A DNA stretch of 64,000 bases, taken from the NCBI GenBank assembly GCA_963708135.1, contig OY970192.1, forward strand, positions 2,912,001 to 2,976,000, read 5' to 3'. Positions within the stretch are counted from its first letter, which is position 1, and each line of letters starts with the position of its first letter. Source of the DNA: an uncultured Gemmatimonadales bacterium. Its GTDB lineage: Bacteria > Gemmatimonadota > Gemmatimonadetes > Longimicrobiales > RSA9. Below are positions 31,184 through 40,531 of the stretch, piece after piece. Both the position numbers and the translations under genes were made by a program. Below the pieces are notes generated by a model. The model had not been told where the DNA came from and searched no databases. It was given only the letters and a program-made list of their open reading frames with translations.

Positions 31184-31311
31184 TAGGCTCGGCTGGAGCT
31201 GGAGCGCCGCAGGTTCCCGCTTCCGCCGCCGCGCGCCGGGACATACCACGCCGGCGCTGCCGGACGCGGCCGGCCCGGCGGCCGATGCTGGACACCACAC
31301 ACCATCAGCGT

Positions 31312-31329
31312 TACCTTAGAGCTAAGATA
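31312..31329. promoter_or_regulatory. Putative MarR operator TACCTTAG-AG-CTAAGATA
   Basis: Dyad just upstream of the marR start; a similar dyad lies upstream of yceI. Confidence 0.65.
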
Positions 31330-31347
31330 CCGCCACGGACCAGGACC

Positions 31348-31824
31348 ATGGACGACGACTCCCGACGTCTGCAGAACGAGAACAACCCCAGCCTCAAGCT
31401 CTGGGTCGTCCTCTCCCGCGCCGCCAGCGCCGTGGCCGCCCACGACCGCGCCTCCGTGGCCAGCCACGGGCTCACGCCCGCCGAGTTCTCGGTCCTGGAG
31501 GCGCTCTTCCACAAGGGGCCGCTCCTCCTCGGCGACGTGCAGAAGAAGATCCTCGTTTCGAGCGGCGGCATCACCTACCTCACCGACCGACTCGTAGCTC
31601 GCGGCCTCCTCGAGCGCCGGGCCTGCCCCTCCGACCGCCGCGCCACCTACGCGGCGCTCACCGGCGAGGGCGAGGCCCTCATGGGCAGGATCTTCCCCGA
31701 GCACGCCACCCGCCTGGAGCGTGCCCTCTCCGGCCTTTCCGATGAGGAGAAGCGGGACGCGATCGCGCTCCTCCGGAAGCTCGGCCGCAGCGCCGCCGCG
31801 AAGCCGCCGGGAACCGCGCGCTGA
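31348..31824 (+). CDS. MarR-family regulator, MhqR-like
   Basis: SLKLWVVLSRA, LTPAEFSVLEALFHKGP, SSGGITYLTDRL, CPSDRR; start reassigned to ATG 31348. Confidence 0.88.
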   Translation: MDDDSRRLQNENNPSLKLWVVLSRAASAVAAHDRASVASHGLTPAEFSVLEALFHKGPLLLGDVQKKILVSSGGITYLTDRLVARGLLERRACPSDRRATYAALTGEGEALMGRIFPEHATRLERALSGLSDEEKRDAIALLRKLGRSAAAKPPGTAR

Positions 31825-31847
31825 GTCGGCGTCTTCTTGTGGTGTAG

Positions 31848-31865
31848 TATCTCAGAACTGAGAAA
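31848..31865. promoter_or_regulatory. Putative MarR operator TATCTCAG-AA-CTGAGAAA
   Basis: Perfect TCTCAG/CTGAGA dyad in the AT-rich region before yceI. Confidence 0.7.
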
Positions 31866-31944
31866 CTCTGAGCCGAGGGAACGGGGGACGCGGCCCGCCC
31901 CGGATCTACCGGGCCGCAACCAGCAAGCCGAGTGGAGGCAGAAG

Positions 31945-32514
31945 ATGATCGAGCGACAGACGATCTGGCAGATCGACCCGACGCATACGGCGGTGGCGTT
32001 TGCCGTGAAGCACCTGATGTTCACGACGGTGCGGGGCCGGTTCGCCGAGGTGAGCGGGACGATCCGGACGGACGATGCGGACCCGGCGGCGTCGTCCGTG
32101 GAGGTGGAGATCGAGGCGGCGAGCATCGACACGGGCGTGGCGGACCGGGACGCGCACCTGCGGTCCGCGGACTTCCTGGATGTGGCGAGCCATTCGACAC
32201 TGACGTTCCGGAGCACGCGGGTGGAAGGGGCGGCTTTCCGGCCGGGCGAGCGGTTCACGGTGGTGGGCGATCTCTCGATCCGGGGGGCGACGCGGGAGGT
32301 GGAGCTCGAGGCGGAGTTTCACGGGTCGGGTCAGGATCCGTGGGGCGGCGAGCGGGCCGGGTTCACGGCCCGGACGGAGATCGACCGCCGGGAATGGGGG
32401 CTGGAGTGGAACCAGGCGCTCGAGGCCGGGGGCCTGCTGGTGGGCAACAGCGTCCGGATCGAGCTTGAGGTGGAGGCGGTGAAGCAGGCCGCCAGGTCGG
32501 AGGCGGCCGCCTGA
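31945..32514 (+). CDS. yceI: YceI-family polyisoprenoid/quinone-binding protein (no signal peptide)
   Basis: WQIDPTHT.V.FAVKHL, SIDTG..RDAHLRSADF, GDLSIRG, DPWG, IDRREWGL. Confidence 0.93.
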   Translation: MIERQTIWQIDPTHTAVAFAVKHLMFTTVRGRFAEVSGTIRTDDADPAASSVEVEIEAASIDTGVADRDAHLRSADFLDVASHSTLTFRSTRVEGAAFRPGERFTVVGDLSIRGATREVELEAEFHGSGQDPWGGERAGFTARTEIDRREWGLEWNQALEAGGLLVGNSVRIELEVEAVKQAARSEAAA

Positions 32515-32727
32515 TCGGAGTCACCGCGCGGGAGGCAACGGGGCGCCGGCCGCGATCGCGCGGTCCGGCGCCCTACAGCGGGGAGCTTGCGCCATCCGTT
32601 CCCGCGAATCACCTTTAAGTGTACCCAATACAAGTCCGCACATTCGCCCGGATACGCTTCCAGGATCGCGCGGGCTCTTCGATAGCTCGTTGCGGGAACG
32701 GGTCGCCGGTCCAGGAGAAACCGAAGT

Positions 32728-34256
32728 ATGGGGATTCCGCGCACGCCGCCGTTCCGGATTCCTCGGCTGGAGACCGTGCTGCTGCTCGCCCTGATCCTGA
32801 TGGGCGCCGGACTGTGGGCGTACCGGAGCCGCGCCGGTTCCCGGCGCTCGCCTGGCGGAGGCGTGGGGCTTCCCGCCACGGCGGTGGCCGTACTGCCCTT
32901 CCAGAACGTGACGGGCGATTCCGGCCAGGCGTACTTCAGCCAGGGTGTGAGCGACGAGATCCGCGCCGCGGTGGCGCGGGTTCCGGGGCTCCGGGTCACG
33001 TCGCGGACGTCCTCCTTCCGCTATCTTGGAAGCACGAAGGGGGCGCAGGCGATCGCGCGGGAGCTCGGGGTCGGCTCGATCCTGGAGGGCACGGTTCAGC
33101 GGGCGGCGTCGCGGGTGCGGGTGACGGTGAGCCTGGTGGACGCGGGCGCCGATACGCAGCTGTGGACGCGGACCTTCGACCGCGCGCTGGAGCCCGACAG
33201 TCTGTTCTCGGTGGAGGCGGAGATCGCGCGCTCGGTGGCGCGGGCGCTCCAGGTGGAGCTCAGGTCGGAGCCGCGGGACCTGACGGGCCGTCCGCCCTCG
33301 TCGCTGGAAGCGCACGACCTGTACCTGCTCGGGCTCTACCACTGGAATCGCCGGACCGGGGACGACCTGTTGCAGGCGGCCCGGTACTTCAAGGAGGCGG
33401 TGGCGCGCGACCCCGGCTACGCGATGGCGCTGGCCGGGCTGGCGAACACCTACGTGCTCCTCCCGCTGTACGCGCGGGTGCCGGCCGAGCGCGCGATGCC
33501 CGGGGCACGGGCAGCGGCCAAGGCGGCACTGGCGCTGGACTCGAGCCTGGCGGACGCGCGGCGCTGGCGTTCGTGCAGACCACCTACGACTGGGATTGGG
33601 AGGGGGCGGAGGCGTCGTTCCGGCAGGCGATCGCGCTGAACGGGAGCTACGCCACGGCCTGCGAGTGGTACGCCCTGCTGCTGGATGCGCTCGGCCGACA
33701 CGAGGAGGCGGCGGTCCAGGAGCGGCGGGCGCTCGCGCTGGACCCGCGCTCCGTGATCATCAACGAGGTGTGGGGCAACCACCTCATGTACGTGAACGAG
33801 TACGGCCCGGCCGCGCGGCAGCTGCTCCACACGCTGGAGCTCGAGCCGGACCTGCCGCTCGCGCTCCAGTACCTGTCGGTGACGTACCTGCTGGCCGGGC
33901 GGGGCGACGATGCGCTGCGCACGCTCCGCCACCTGGCGGAGGTGACGGGCACGGACCCGGAGCCGTGGTCGCGGGTGGTGGGCGCCGCCACTCCCGGCGC
34001 TCGGGCGGACGCGGCGGCGGCGCTCGAGCGGATGGCGGCGGCGGGGACGCTCTCGCCGTACAACCAGGCGCAGTACGATGCGCTGATTGGCGCGGATTCC
34101 GACGCGCTGGGGGCCCTCGAGGAGGGCTTCAGGACGAAGGACTTCCTCATGTTCCTGGTGGACGCCGACCCCTCCTTCGACCGGCTGAAGGACGAGCCGA
34201 GGTTCGAGCGGCTCCTGGCCAGGATGGGTCTCAGGCACCCGCAACCGAGCTCCTGA
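32728..34256 (+). pseudogene. Membrane-anchored TolB-N (FlgO-like) + TPR protein, frameshifted near 33555
   Basis: VAVLPFQN..YFSQGVSDEI..SRTSSF..AHDLYLLG..LDSSLADA in one frame, ALAFVQTTYDWDWEGAE..DEPRFERLL in another. Confidence 0.8.
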
Positions 34257-34380
34257 CCGGCTCCACACCAGTCGTTCTCCGGCTTCGGCCGGTGCTGGCA
34301 TACGATAGCGAACGAGATCTGACGGGACCGCGGCGGATGCCGCCGTCCCGCGCGGGGTTGCCGTCTTCCGTCCAGGGGCC

Positions 34381-36207
34381 ATGCCGAAACAGAGTTTCAG
34401 CCTGTTCACGTTCCTCGAGGAGGCGAAGCGCCGAAACGTGCTGCGCGTCGGGTTCGCGTACCTGGTCGTCGCGTTCGCCGTCCTCCAGGGCGCGGACCTG
34501 GTGCTGCCGGCGCTACTCCTGCCGGGCTGGACCTTCCGCATGCTGGTGGTGGTCGTGCTGTTCCTCTTCCCGATCGTGCTCGTGCTGGCGTGGATCTACG
34601 ACCTCACGCCGGACGGGGTGAGGCGCACCGCCGATGCTCCCCACGACGCGGCCGACCCGACCGCCGGGGCCGTGGAGCCGGGCGCCCAGCCCCGCCTGCC
34701 GGCGGGCACCGCCGCCGGCTCGGCCGCGTCGAGAGGGGTGCCGCCCGCGGCCGCGCATTCCGTCGCCGTCGCCCTGGCGCCCGCGTACCCGGCCGGGGCG
34801 TCGGACATCATCGACTCGCTCGCGATCCTGCCCTTCTCCAACCCCAGCGGCGACGCGGACAGCGAGTACCTCTCCGACGGGATCACCGAATCCATCATCA
34901 ACAAGATGGCGACGATCTCCGGGATCCGCGTCGTGCCGCGCGCCTCCGCGTTCCGCTTCAAGAACCGCGAGTTCGTGCCCGCCGACGTCGCGCGCGAGCT
35001 GAACGTGCGGGCGCTGGTCATGGGCCGTGTGCACCAGAGGGGCGGAGTGCTGGTCGCGCAGGCCGAGCTCATCAACCTGGTCACCGAGTCGCAGCTCTGG
35101 GGAGAGCACTACAACCGCCCGCTCTCCGACATCTTCACGGTGCAGGAGGAGATGGCGGAAGAGATCGCGCGCTCGCTGCGGCTGCGGCTCACGGGCCAGC
35201 AGCGCGAGCGGCTCCTGCGCCGCGAGACCCACGACACCGAGGCCTACCAGGCTTACCTGCGGGGCCGCTTCTACTGGAACAAGCGCACCGCCGCGGGCTT
35301 CAAGCTTGCGAACACGCACTTCCAGGAGGCGATCGAGCTGGACCCGAACTACGCGCTGGCGTACTCGGGGCTGGCCGACACCTTCAACGTGCTCGGCTAC
35401 TACAACATCCAGGCGCCACGCGACACCTACCCCCGCGCCAAGGCGGCGGCGGCACGCGCCCTCGCCCTCGACGACGAGCTGGCGGAAGCGCACGCGTCGC
35501 TCGGCTACGCCCTCCTCTTCTTCGACCGCCGCTACGAGGACGCCGCCCGCTCGCTCGAGCGCGCCATCGAGCTCAAGCCCTCCTACGCCAGCGCGCACCA
35601 GTGGTACGGCTGGTACCTGCTCGTGCGCGAGCGCTTCGACGAGACCCTCACCTCCATACGCAAGGCCGTCGAGCTCGACCCGCTCTCCCTCATCATCAAC
35701 GACCACTACGCCTACGCTCTCTTCCTGGCGGGCCGCTACGCCGAGGCGCACGCGCAGATCGAGAAGACGCTGGAACTCGACCCAGGCTATCCCCTGGCCT
35801 ACTGGCGGCTCGGCAACCTGCACTCCCACCACCACCGCCTCGGAGCCGCGATCGAGGCGCTGGAGAAGGCGGTCGAGCTCTCGCACGGCGTCCTCGCCCG
35901 GGGCTACCTGGGCCAGGCGCTCGCCGTCGCCGGACGGACGGAGGAGGCCCGCACCCTGCTCCACGCCCTCGAGAACCCGGGCGCCGACACCTACATCTCG
36001 CCGCTCGACCGCGCCCTCATCCACGCGGGCCTCGGCGAGGTGGAGGAGACGATCGAGGCGCTCTACGAGGGACTCGAGGACCGGGTCAGCGACATGGTCC
36101 GCGTGAAGCTCCTGCCCTGGCCGCCCGAGCTGCGCCGCCACCCCCGCTTCGCCGACCTGCTCGTCGAGCTCGGCGTGGCCGCAGAGGCGCGCGATCCCAC
36201 TCACTGA
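34381..36207 (+). CDS. Membrane-anchored TolB-N + TPR protein
   Basis: EAKRRNVLRVGFAY..LAWIYDLTPDG N-terminus, SLAILPFSN, YLSDGITESII, multiple TPRs, LRRHPRF end. Confidence 0.88.
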   Translation: MPKQSFSLFTFLEEAKRRNVLRVGFAYLVVAFAVLQGADLVLPALLLPGWTFRMLVVVVLFLFPIVLVLAWIYDLTPDGVRRTADAPHDAADPTAGAVEPGAQPRLPAGTAAGSAASRGVPPAAAHSVAVALAPAYPAGASDIIDSLAILPFSNPSGDADSEYLSDGITESIINKMATISGIRVVPRASAFRFKNREFVPADVARELNVRALVMGRVHQRGGVLVAQAELINLVTESQLWGEHYNRPLSDIFTVQEEMAEEIARSLRLRLTGQQRERLLRRETHDTEAYQAYLRGRFYWNKRTAAGFKLANTHFQEAIELDPNYALAYSGLADTFNVLGYYNIQAPRDTYPRAKAAAARALALDDELAEAHASLGYALLFFDRRYEDAARSLERAIELKPSYASAHQWYGWYLLVRERFDETLTSIRKAVELDPLSLIINDHYAYALFLAGRYAEAHAQIEKTLELDPGYPLAYWRLGNLHSHHHRLGAAIEALEKAVELSHGVLARGYLGQALAVAGRTEEARTLLHALENPGADTYISPLDRALIHAGLGEVEETIEALYEGLEDRVSDMVRVKLLPWPPELRRHPRFADLLVELGVAAEARDPTH

Positions 36208-36228
36208 TCTCTGAGCCGAGGCCCTCCC

Positions 36229-36528
36229 ATGCCCACGTCCACACCAGGGGGGCGACTCCCTCCGCCGATCCCGGCCGACTGGGGGTACGCGTTCTACTAC
36301 GGGTCGCTGACCTGGCTCACGGTCTACTACCGCGTGGACCCGCAGACGCTCGGCAACGCGCTCGCGGGCACCGGCTTCGAGCCGGCCCTCTTCGCGGACG
36401 GGCAGGGTGCCGTCGGGCTCAACCCGATGACCTACGGCTCGCAGCTCGAGAGCCTCGTCGAGGCCACGACCGAGGCCGAGCTCAACGTGCTGGCCTATCC
36501 CGCCGCCGCGCCTCCGCCGTCCCGGTGA
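36229..36528 (+). CDS. Short ORF resembling the N-terminal part of an acetoacetate-decarboxylase-fold protein (possibly truncated)
   Basis: Coding-like codon use; LTVYYRVDP..FEP..AVGLN..TY..EAELNV pattern; family call is weak. Confidence 0.4.
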   Translation: MPTSTPGGRLPPPIPADWGYAFYYGSLTWLTVYYRVDPQTLGNALAGTGFEPALFADGQGAVGLNPMTYGSQLESLVEATTEAELNVLAYPAAAPPPSR

Positions 36529-36585
36529 TCTCTTACAGTCGGCGTCGCCGGTGATCGAGTCGCGGCCCTTCTGGGCGGACCAGGG

Positions 36586-37980
36586 ATGAGCACGGCGACG
36601 CGGGGGCGGCGGCCGGCCCGGCTCGCCGGCCTGCTGGCCGGGCTCCTCACCCTCGCCTGCGCGGGGCGGGCCGGCGGCGGCGGGCCGGGCGAGGCCGGCG
36701 GCGGCGTGGCGGCGGGTGCCGCCGCGCGGCCGCGGGCGGAGCGCCCCGCCAGCGCGGCCGCGGCGGCCGCGGGGCTCAGCTGGCGCCTGCCGCCGGACAT
36801 GCCCGCCGGCGCCTCGCCGCGCGACCAGCGCGCCTTCGACGACTTCGCCTGGCGCAGCTTCGTCGCTCTGAGCTGGCCGGCCACGGCGGACGGGGCGCCG
36901 GACAGCACGGTCGTCATCGGGGCCTCGGGGGACGCGCCCACCGTGTGGGAGCACTACGACGAGACGGGCGAGGTCTTCCTTCCCGGCGGCGCGGCACCGC
37001 TGCCGTGGGGCCAGCACGCGCCGCCACCCCCCGCCTGCCGGAACCTCGGCGCCGGAGCGCTCCCGGTGCTCTCGATGACGTCGAAGGTCTCGAGCGTGGT
37101 GGCGCAGTTCGTGGAGCCGTTCGCCGGGCCGGTGATCGACCAGGACAGCAACTTCGCGCGCTACGCGATCCACGTGAACGAGCCGGCGTTCGACTACATC
37201 GTGGACGACACGCTCTACCGCAAGGACGTGCAGCGCCGGCGGACGACGGCCATCAGCTTCCCCGCCGGGCAGGACGGCACGAGCAACGTGGGCGCCGTGA
37301 TCCTCAAGTCCGCATGGAAGGTGCTCACGGCACGGGACTCCGTCCGGCGCTACCACACGATGGTGGCCTACGTCTACACGCCGCCCTCCACCCAGCCGCC
37401 GATCACCGCGTCGTGCCGCAAGCAGCGGCTCGGGCTCGTCGGCTTCCACATCACGCACAAGACACGGGCCTACCCGCAGTGGATCTGGGCCACGTTCGAG
37501 CAGGTGGACAACGTCGAGGTGGCGGCCGGGACGGCGCTCCACCCCTCCTTCTCGGATCCGGCCTGCAACTGCGCGGACCGCGTGAACCAGATGCCTGCCC
37601 GGCCGTGGGTGCCCGACCGGCCGGGCGTGCCCACGCAGGTCGTGCGCGAGACGCCGATCGACAGCGGCACCGTCGCCGTGAACGGGCGGTGGCAGGCCGC
37701 GCTGGCGGCGGCGGGCCCGGCGTCGCCGTGGAGGTACTATCGGCTGGTGGGCGTGCAGCACCCGCGCGTCCCCTCCGACACGCTGCACCTCGGCGCGCCG
37801 TATCCGCAGTTCCTGGCCAACACGGTCCTCGAAACCTACGACCAGGGCAATTACGGCCGCGCCTCGAGCTGCATGGACTGCCACTTCCGCGCGACCATCT
37901 TCGGCGACTCCGCGAGCGGCGGCGCCAAGTTCTCCGACTACAGCTACGTGTTCATGCAGGCCACGGAGCCGAAGCGATGA
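36586..37980 (+). CDS. Exported lipoprotein with a single C-terminal c-type haem motif (uncharacterised cytochrome c)
   Basis: Lipobox LTLAC; WRSFVALSWPA, LGLVGFHI, QWIWATFE, LANTVLETYDQ, CMDCH; ATGA overlap with next gene. Confidence 0.75.
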   Translation: MSTATRGRRPARLAGLLAGLLTLACAGRAGGGGPGEAGGGVAAGAAARPRAERPASAAAAAAGLSWRLPPDMPAGASPRDQRAFDDFAWRSFVALSWPATADGAPDSTVVIGASGDAPTVWEHYDETGEVFLPGGAAPLPWGQHAPPPPACRNLGAGALPVLSMTSKVSSVVAQFVEPFAGPVIDQDSNFARYAIHVNEPAFDYIVDDTLYRKDVQRRRTTAISFPAGQDGTSNVGAVILKSAWKVLTARDSVRRYHTMVAYVYTPPSTQPPITASCRKQRLGLVGFHITHKTRAYPQWIWATFEQVDNVEVAAGTALHPSFSDPACNCADRVNQMPARPWVPDRPGVPTQVVRETPIDSGTVAVNGRWQAALAAAGPASPWRYYRLVGVQHPRVPSDTLHLGAPYPQFLANTVLETYDQGNYGRASSCMDCHFRATIFGDSASGGAKFSDYSYVFMQATEPKR

Positions 37981-38510
37981 GCGACGCCGAGTTCGATCTC
38001 TTCATCGAGCTGTCCTCCGCCCTCACGGGCTACGACCTGAAGAACGATCCGTGGCAGATGGACGCGGCGGAGGCCTACGAGAAGGTGATCCTCGAGAAGA
38101 AGGGCGAGGCCGCCCTGCGCGCGGTGCTGGACGCGTACGCCGCCTGCAAGGCGGACGCGGCGGGGGATGCCGGGCGGCTGAATGCGTTGGTCGGACAGCG
38201 CCTCATGGCGGGCGATGGATCCATCCCGGCCCTGTGCCGGACCATCCTGTGGCTCTGGTACCTGAGCGCCTGGTACGACCAGCCGGTGATCGGCGCCTGG
38301 CCGAACATCTACCCGCCGGGCGACGGCCAGGGGGACATCGTCCCCGGACTCGCCTACTCGCGCGGCCTGGCGTTCCAGGTCGGCCAGTCCCACCCGCCCG
38401 GCTACACGGAGACGCGCTACGGCTCCTGGGGCGCACCGCCGCCGCCCGATCCCGGTCCCTTCTATCCGCCGTCCTCGCCCGCGCCCGGCGGCGCCGGGCC
38501 GGCCCGCTGA
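37977..38510 (+). CDS. Small (gamma-type) subunit of FAD-dependent sugar/sorbitol dehydrogenase family
   Basis: FIELSSALTG, ILWLWYLSAW, YSRGLAF..HPPGY..YGSWGAPP; lies directly before the GMC gene. Confidence 0.8.
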   Translation: MSDAEFDLFIELSSALTGYDLKNDPWQMDAAEAYEKVILEKKGEAALRAVLDAYAACKADAAGDAGRLNALVGQRLMAGDGSIPALCRTILWLWYLSAWYDQPVIGAWPNIYPPGDGQGDIVPGLAYSRGLAFQVGQSHPPGYTETRYGSWGAPPPPDPGPFYPPSSPAPGGAGPAR

Positions 38511-38527
38511 CTCCCGGAGGCAGCCCC

Positions 38528-40375
38528 ATGGCGACGACCGACCAGGTCTACGACATCGTCATCGTCGGCGCCGGGATCGCCGGCTGCTACTGCGCCCGCG
38601 AGCTGGCCGCGGCGGGTTACGGCGTGCTCGTCCTCGAGGCCGGCCCGGCGCCCACGGCCCAGGACCGCAACCGCTACATCCAGAAGTTCTACGAGGCGGA
38701 AGCCAAGACCACGAACGCGCCCTACCCGCCGTACCCGGGCAGCCCGCCGCCGAGCGAGCTGAACGCGCCGTCGTTCCGCGTGCTGGACATTGGCAACCCG
38801 CAGCGGTCGTACCTCGAGCAGCTCGGCCCGCAGCCGTTCAGCTCCTCCTACGAGCGGATCGCGGGAGGCACGACCTGGCACTGGCTGGGCGTCGCCTACC
38901 GCCTGCTCCCCGAGGATTTCAGACTGCGCAGCCTCTACGGCCACGGCACCGACTGGCCGATCGGCTACGACGATCTCGAGCCATGGTACCGCAAGGCGGA
39001 GGAGGCACTGCGCGTCTCCGGCAGCGTTGGGGAGGAGGAGCGCCTCGGGCTCACCTTCTCGCCCGGCTACAGCTACCCGCAGGGGATCGTAGCGCAGAGC
39101 TACCTGGACCAGCAGATCTCCTCGCTGCTCGGAGACCTCCAGTTCGACGGCAAGCCGGTCCAGGTGTTCTCGCTGCCGCAGGGCCGCAACTCGACCGATC
39201 CGGACCAGCGGCGGCCCGCCTGCCAGGGCAACACGAGCTGCATCCCGATCTGTCCGATCCAGGCCAAGTGGGACGCCACCCTCTTCCTCGAGGATGCGGG
39301 CAACGCCGGCGCCACCATCCAGTACCGCACGGTGGTCACGCGGCTCCAGGTGGACCCGGACAGCCAGGCCGTCACCTCGCTGGACTACGTCCAGTACGTC
39401 CAGCCGTCCGGCGGTCCGACCACGGTCGGCTCGGTCCGCGCGAAGCTCTTCATCCTGGCCGCGCACGCCATCGAGAACGTCAAGATCCTGCTGAACTCGG
39501 CCACGGCGGGCTTCGAGACGGGCCTCGCCAACACGAGCGGCTCCGTCGGCCGATACCTGATGGATCACCCTCTCCAGCTCAGCTGGGCCGCGGCGGCCGC
39601 TCCCGTCTACTCGCTGCGCGGCCCGCGCGTGAGCTCCGGCATCGAGAGCCTGCGCGACGGCCCCTTCCGCAGCCAGCGGGGCGGCTTCCGCGTGGACATC
39701 GGCAACGAGGGCTGGAGCTGGGCGATGAACGAGCCATACACCAGCGCGATCCAGCTCGCGAAGCCGGCGGACGGGTCGCAGGGCCTGTTCGGCGCGGCAC
39801 TCCGGACGGCGCTGAACCAGCGTCTCGTCCGCCAGTTCCGGCTCGGCTTCCTGGTCGAGCAGGAGCCGCTCTACCAGAACCAGGTGACGCTCTCGCCGGA
39901 CCGGAAGGACGGCCTGGGCCTGCCCGTCCCGCGGATCCAGTACGAGCTCGGCGAGTACTGCACCGCGGGGCTCCAGGCCGCGCGTCAGTGCGCGCAGGCG
40001 GTCTTCCAGAAGATGGGCGCCACGGACGGCACCGGGCTCCTCGACTCCCCGCCCGTCGAGCCCGGACCGCTGCCGGTCTTCAAGTACGGCTTCGGCTACT
40101 TCCCCATCGAGGTGAACGGGACGACGAAGTACCTTCCCTTCTACGGCTCCGGCCACATCGTCGGCACGCACCGCATGGGACGACCGACGGATCCCACGGC
40201 CGTCACGGACAGCTTCATGCGCAGCTACGACCACAAGAACCTGTTCATCATGGGAAGCGGTGCCTTCCCCACCATCGGTACGGCCAACCCCACGCTCACG
40301 CTTCTCGCGCTCGTGATCCGGTCGGTGGCGGCGCTCGGGAAGGAGCTGAAGGCGGTGGAGGCACACACAGGATGA
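38528..40375 (+). CDS. GMC-family flavoprotein dehydrogenase large subunit
   Basis: GAGIAG, GGTTWHWLG, DWPIGYDDLEPWY, CQGNTSCIPICP, VGRYLMDH, HIVGTHRMG, ANPTLT. Confidence 0.93.
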   Translation: MATTDQVYDIVIVGAGIAGCYCARELAAAGYGVLVLEAGPAPTAQDRNRYIQKFYEAEAKTTNAPYPPYPGSPPPSELNAPSFRVLDIGNPQRSYLEQLGPQPFSSSYERIAGGTTWHWLGVAYRLLPEDFRLRSLYGHGTDWPIGYDDLEPWYRKAEEALRVSGSVGEEERLGLTFSPGYSYPQGIVAQSYLDQQISSLLGDLQFDGKPVQVFSLPQGRNSTDPDQRRPACQGNTSCIPICPIQAKWDATLFLEDAGNAGATIQYRTVVTRLQVDPDSQAVTSLDYVQYVQPSGGPTTVGSVRAKLFILAAHAIENVKILLNSATAGFETGLANTSGSVGRYLMDHPLQLSWAAAAAPVYSLRGPRVSSGIESLRDGPFRSQRGGFRVDIGNEGWSWAMNEPYTSAIQLAKPADGSQGLFGAALRTALNQRLVRQFRLGFLVEQEPLYQNQVTLSPDRKDGLGLPVPRIQYELGEYCTAGLQAARQCAQAVFQKMGATDGTGLLDSPPVEPGPLPVFKYGFGYFPIEVNGTTKYLPFYGSGHIVGTHRMGRPTDPTAVTDSFMRSYDHKNLFIMGSGAFPTIGTANPTLTLLALVIRSVAALGKELKAVEAHTG

Positions 40376-40385
40376 GGGGGACGGA

Positions 40386-40521
40386 TTACGGCGGCACGAC
40401 TTACGGCGGCACGACTTAGGGCGGCACGACTTACGGCGGCACGAATTGACGGCGGCACGACCAACGGCGGCACGACCAACGGCGGCACGACTTACGGCGG
40501 CACAGCTTACGGCGGCACGAC
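40386..40521. repeat. 15-bp tandem array (TTACGGCGGCACGAC), 9 units
   Basis: Fills almost the whole GMC-xdhC intergenic space; reverse complement shares GTCGTGCCGC with the 10.5-kb array. Confidence 0.95.
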
Positions 40522-40531
40522 TGGGAGCGGC

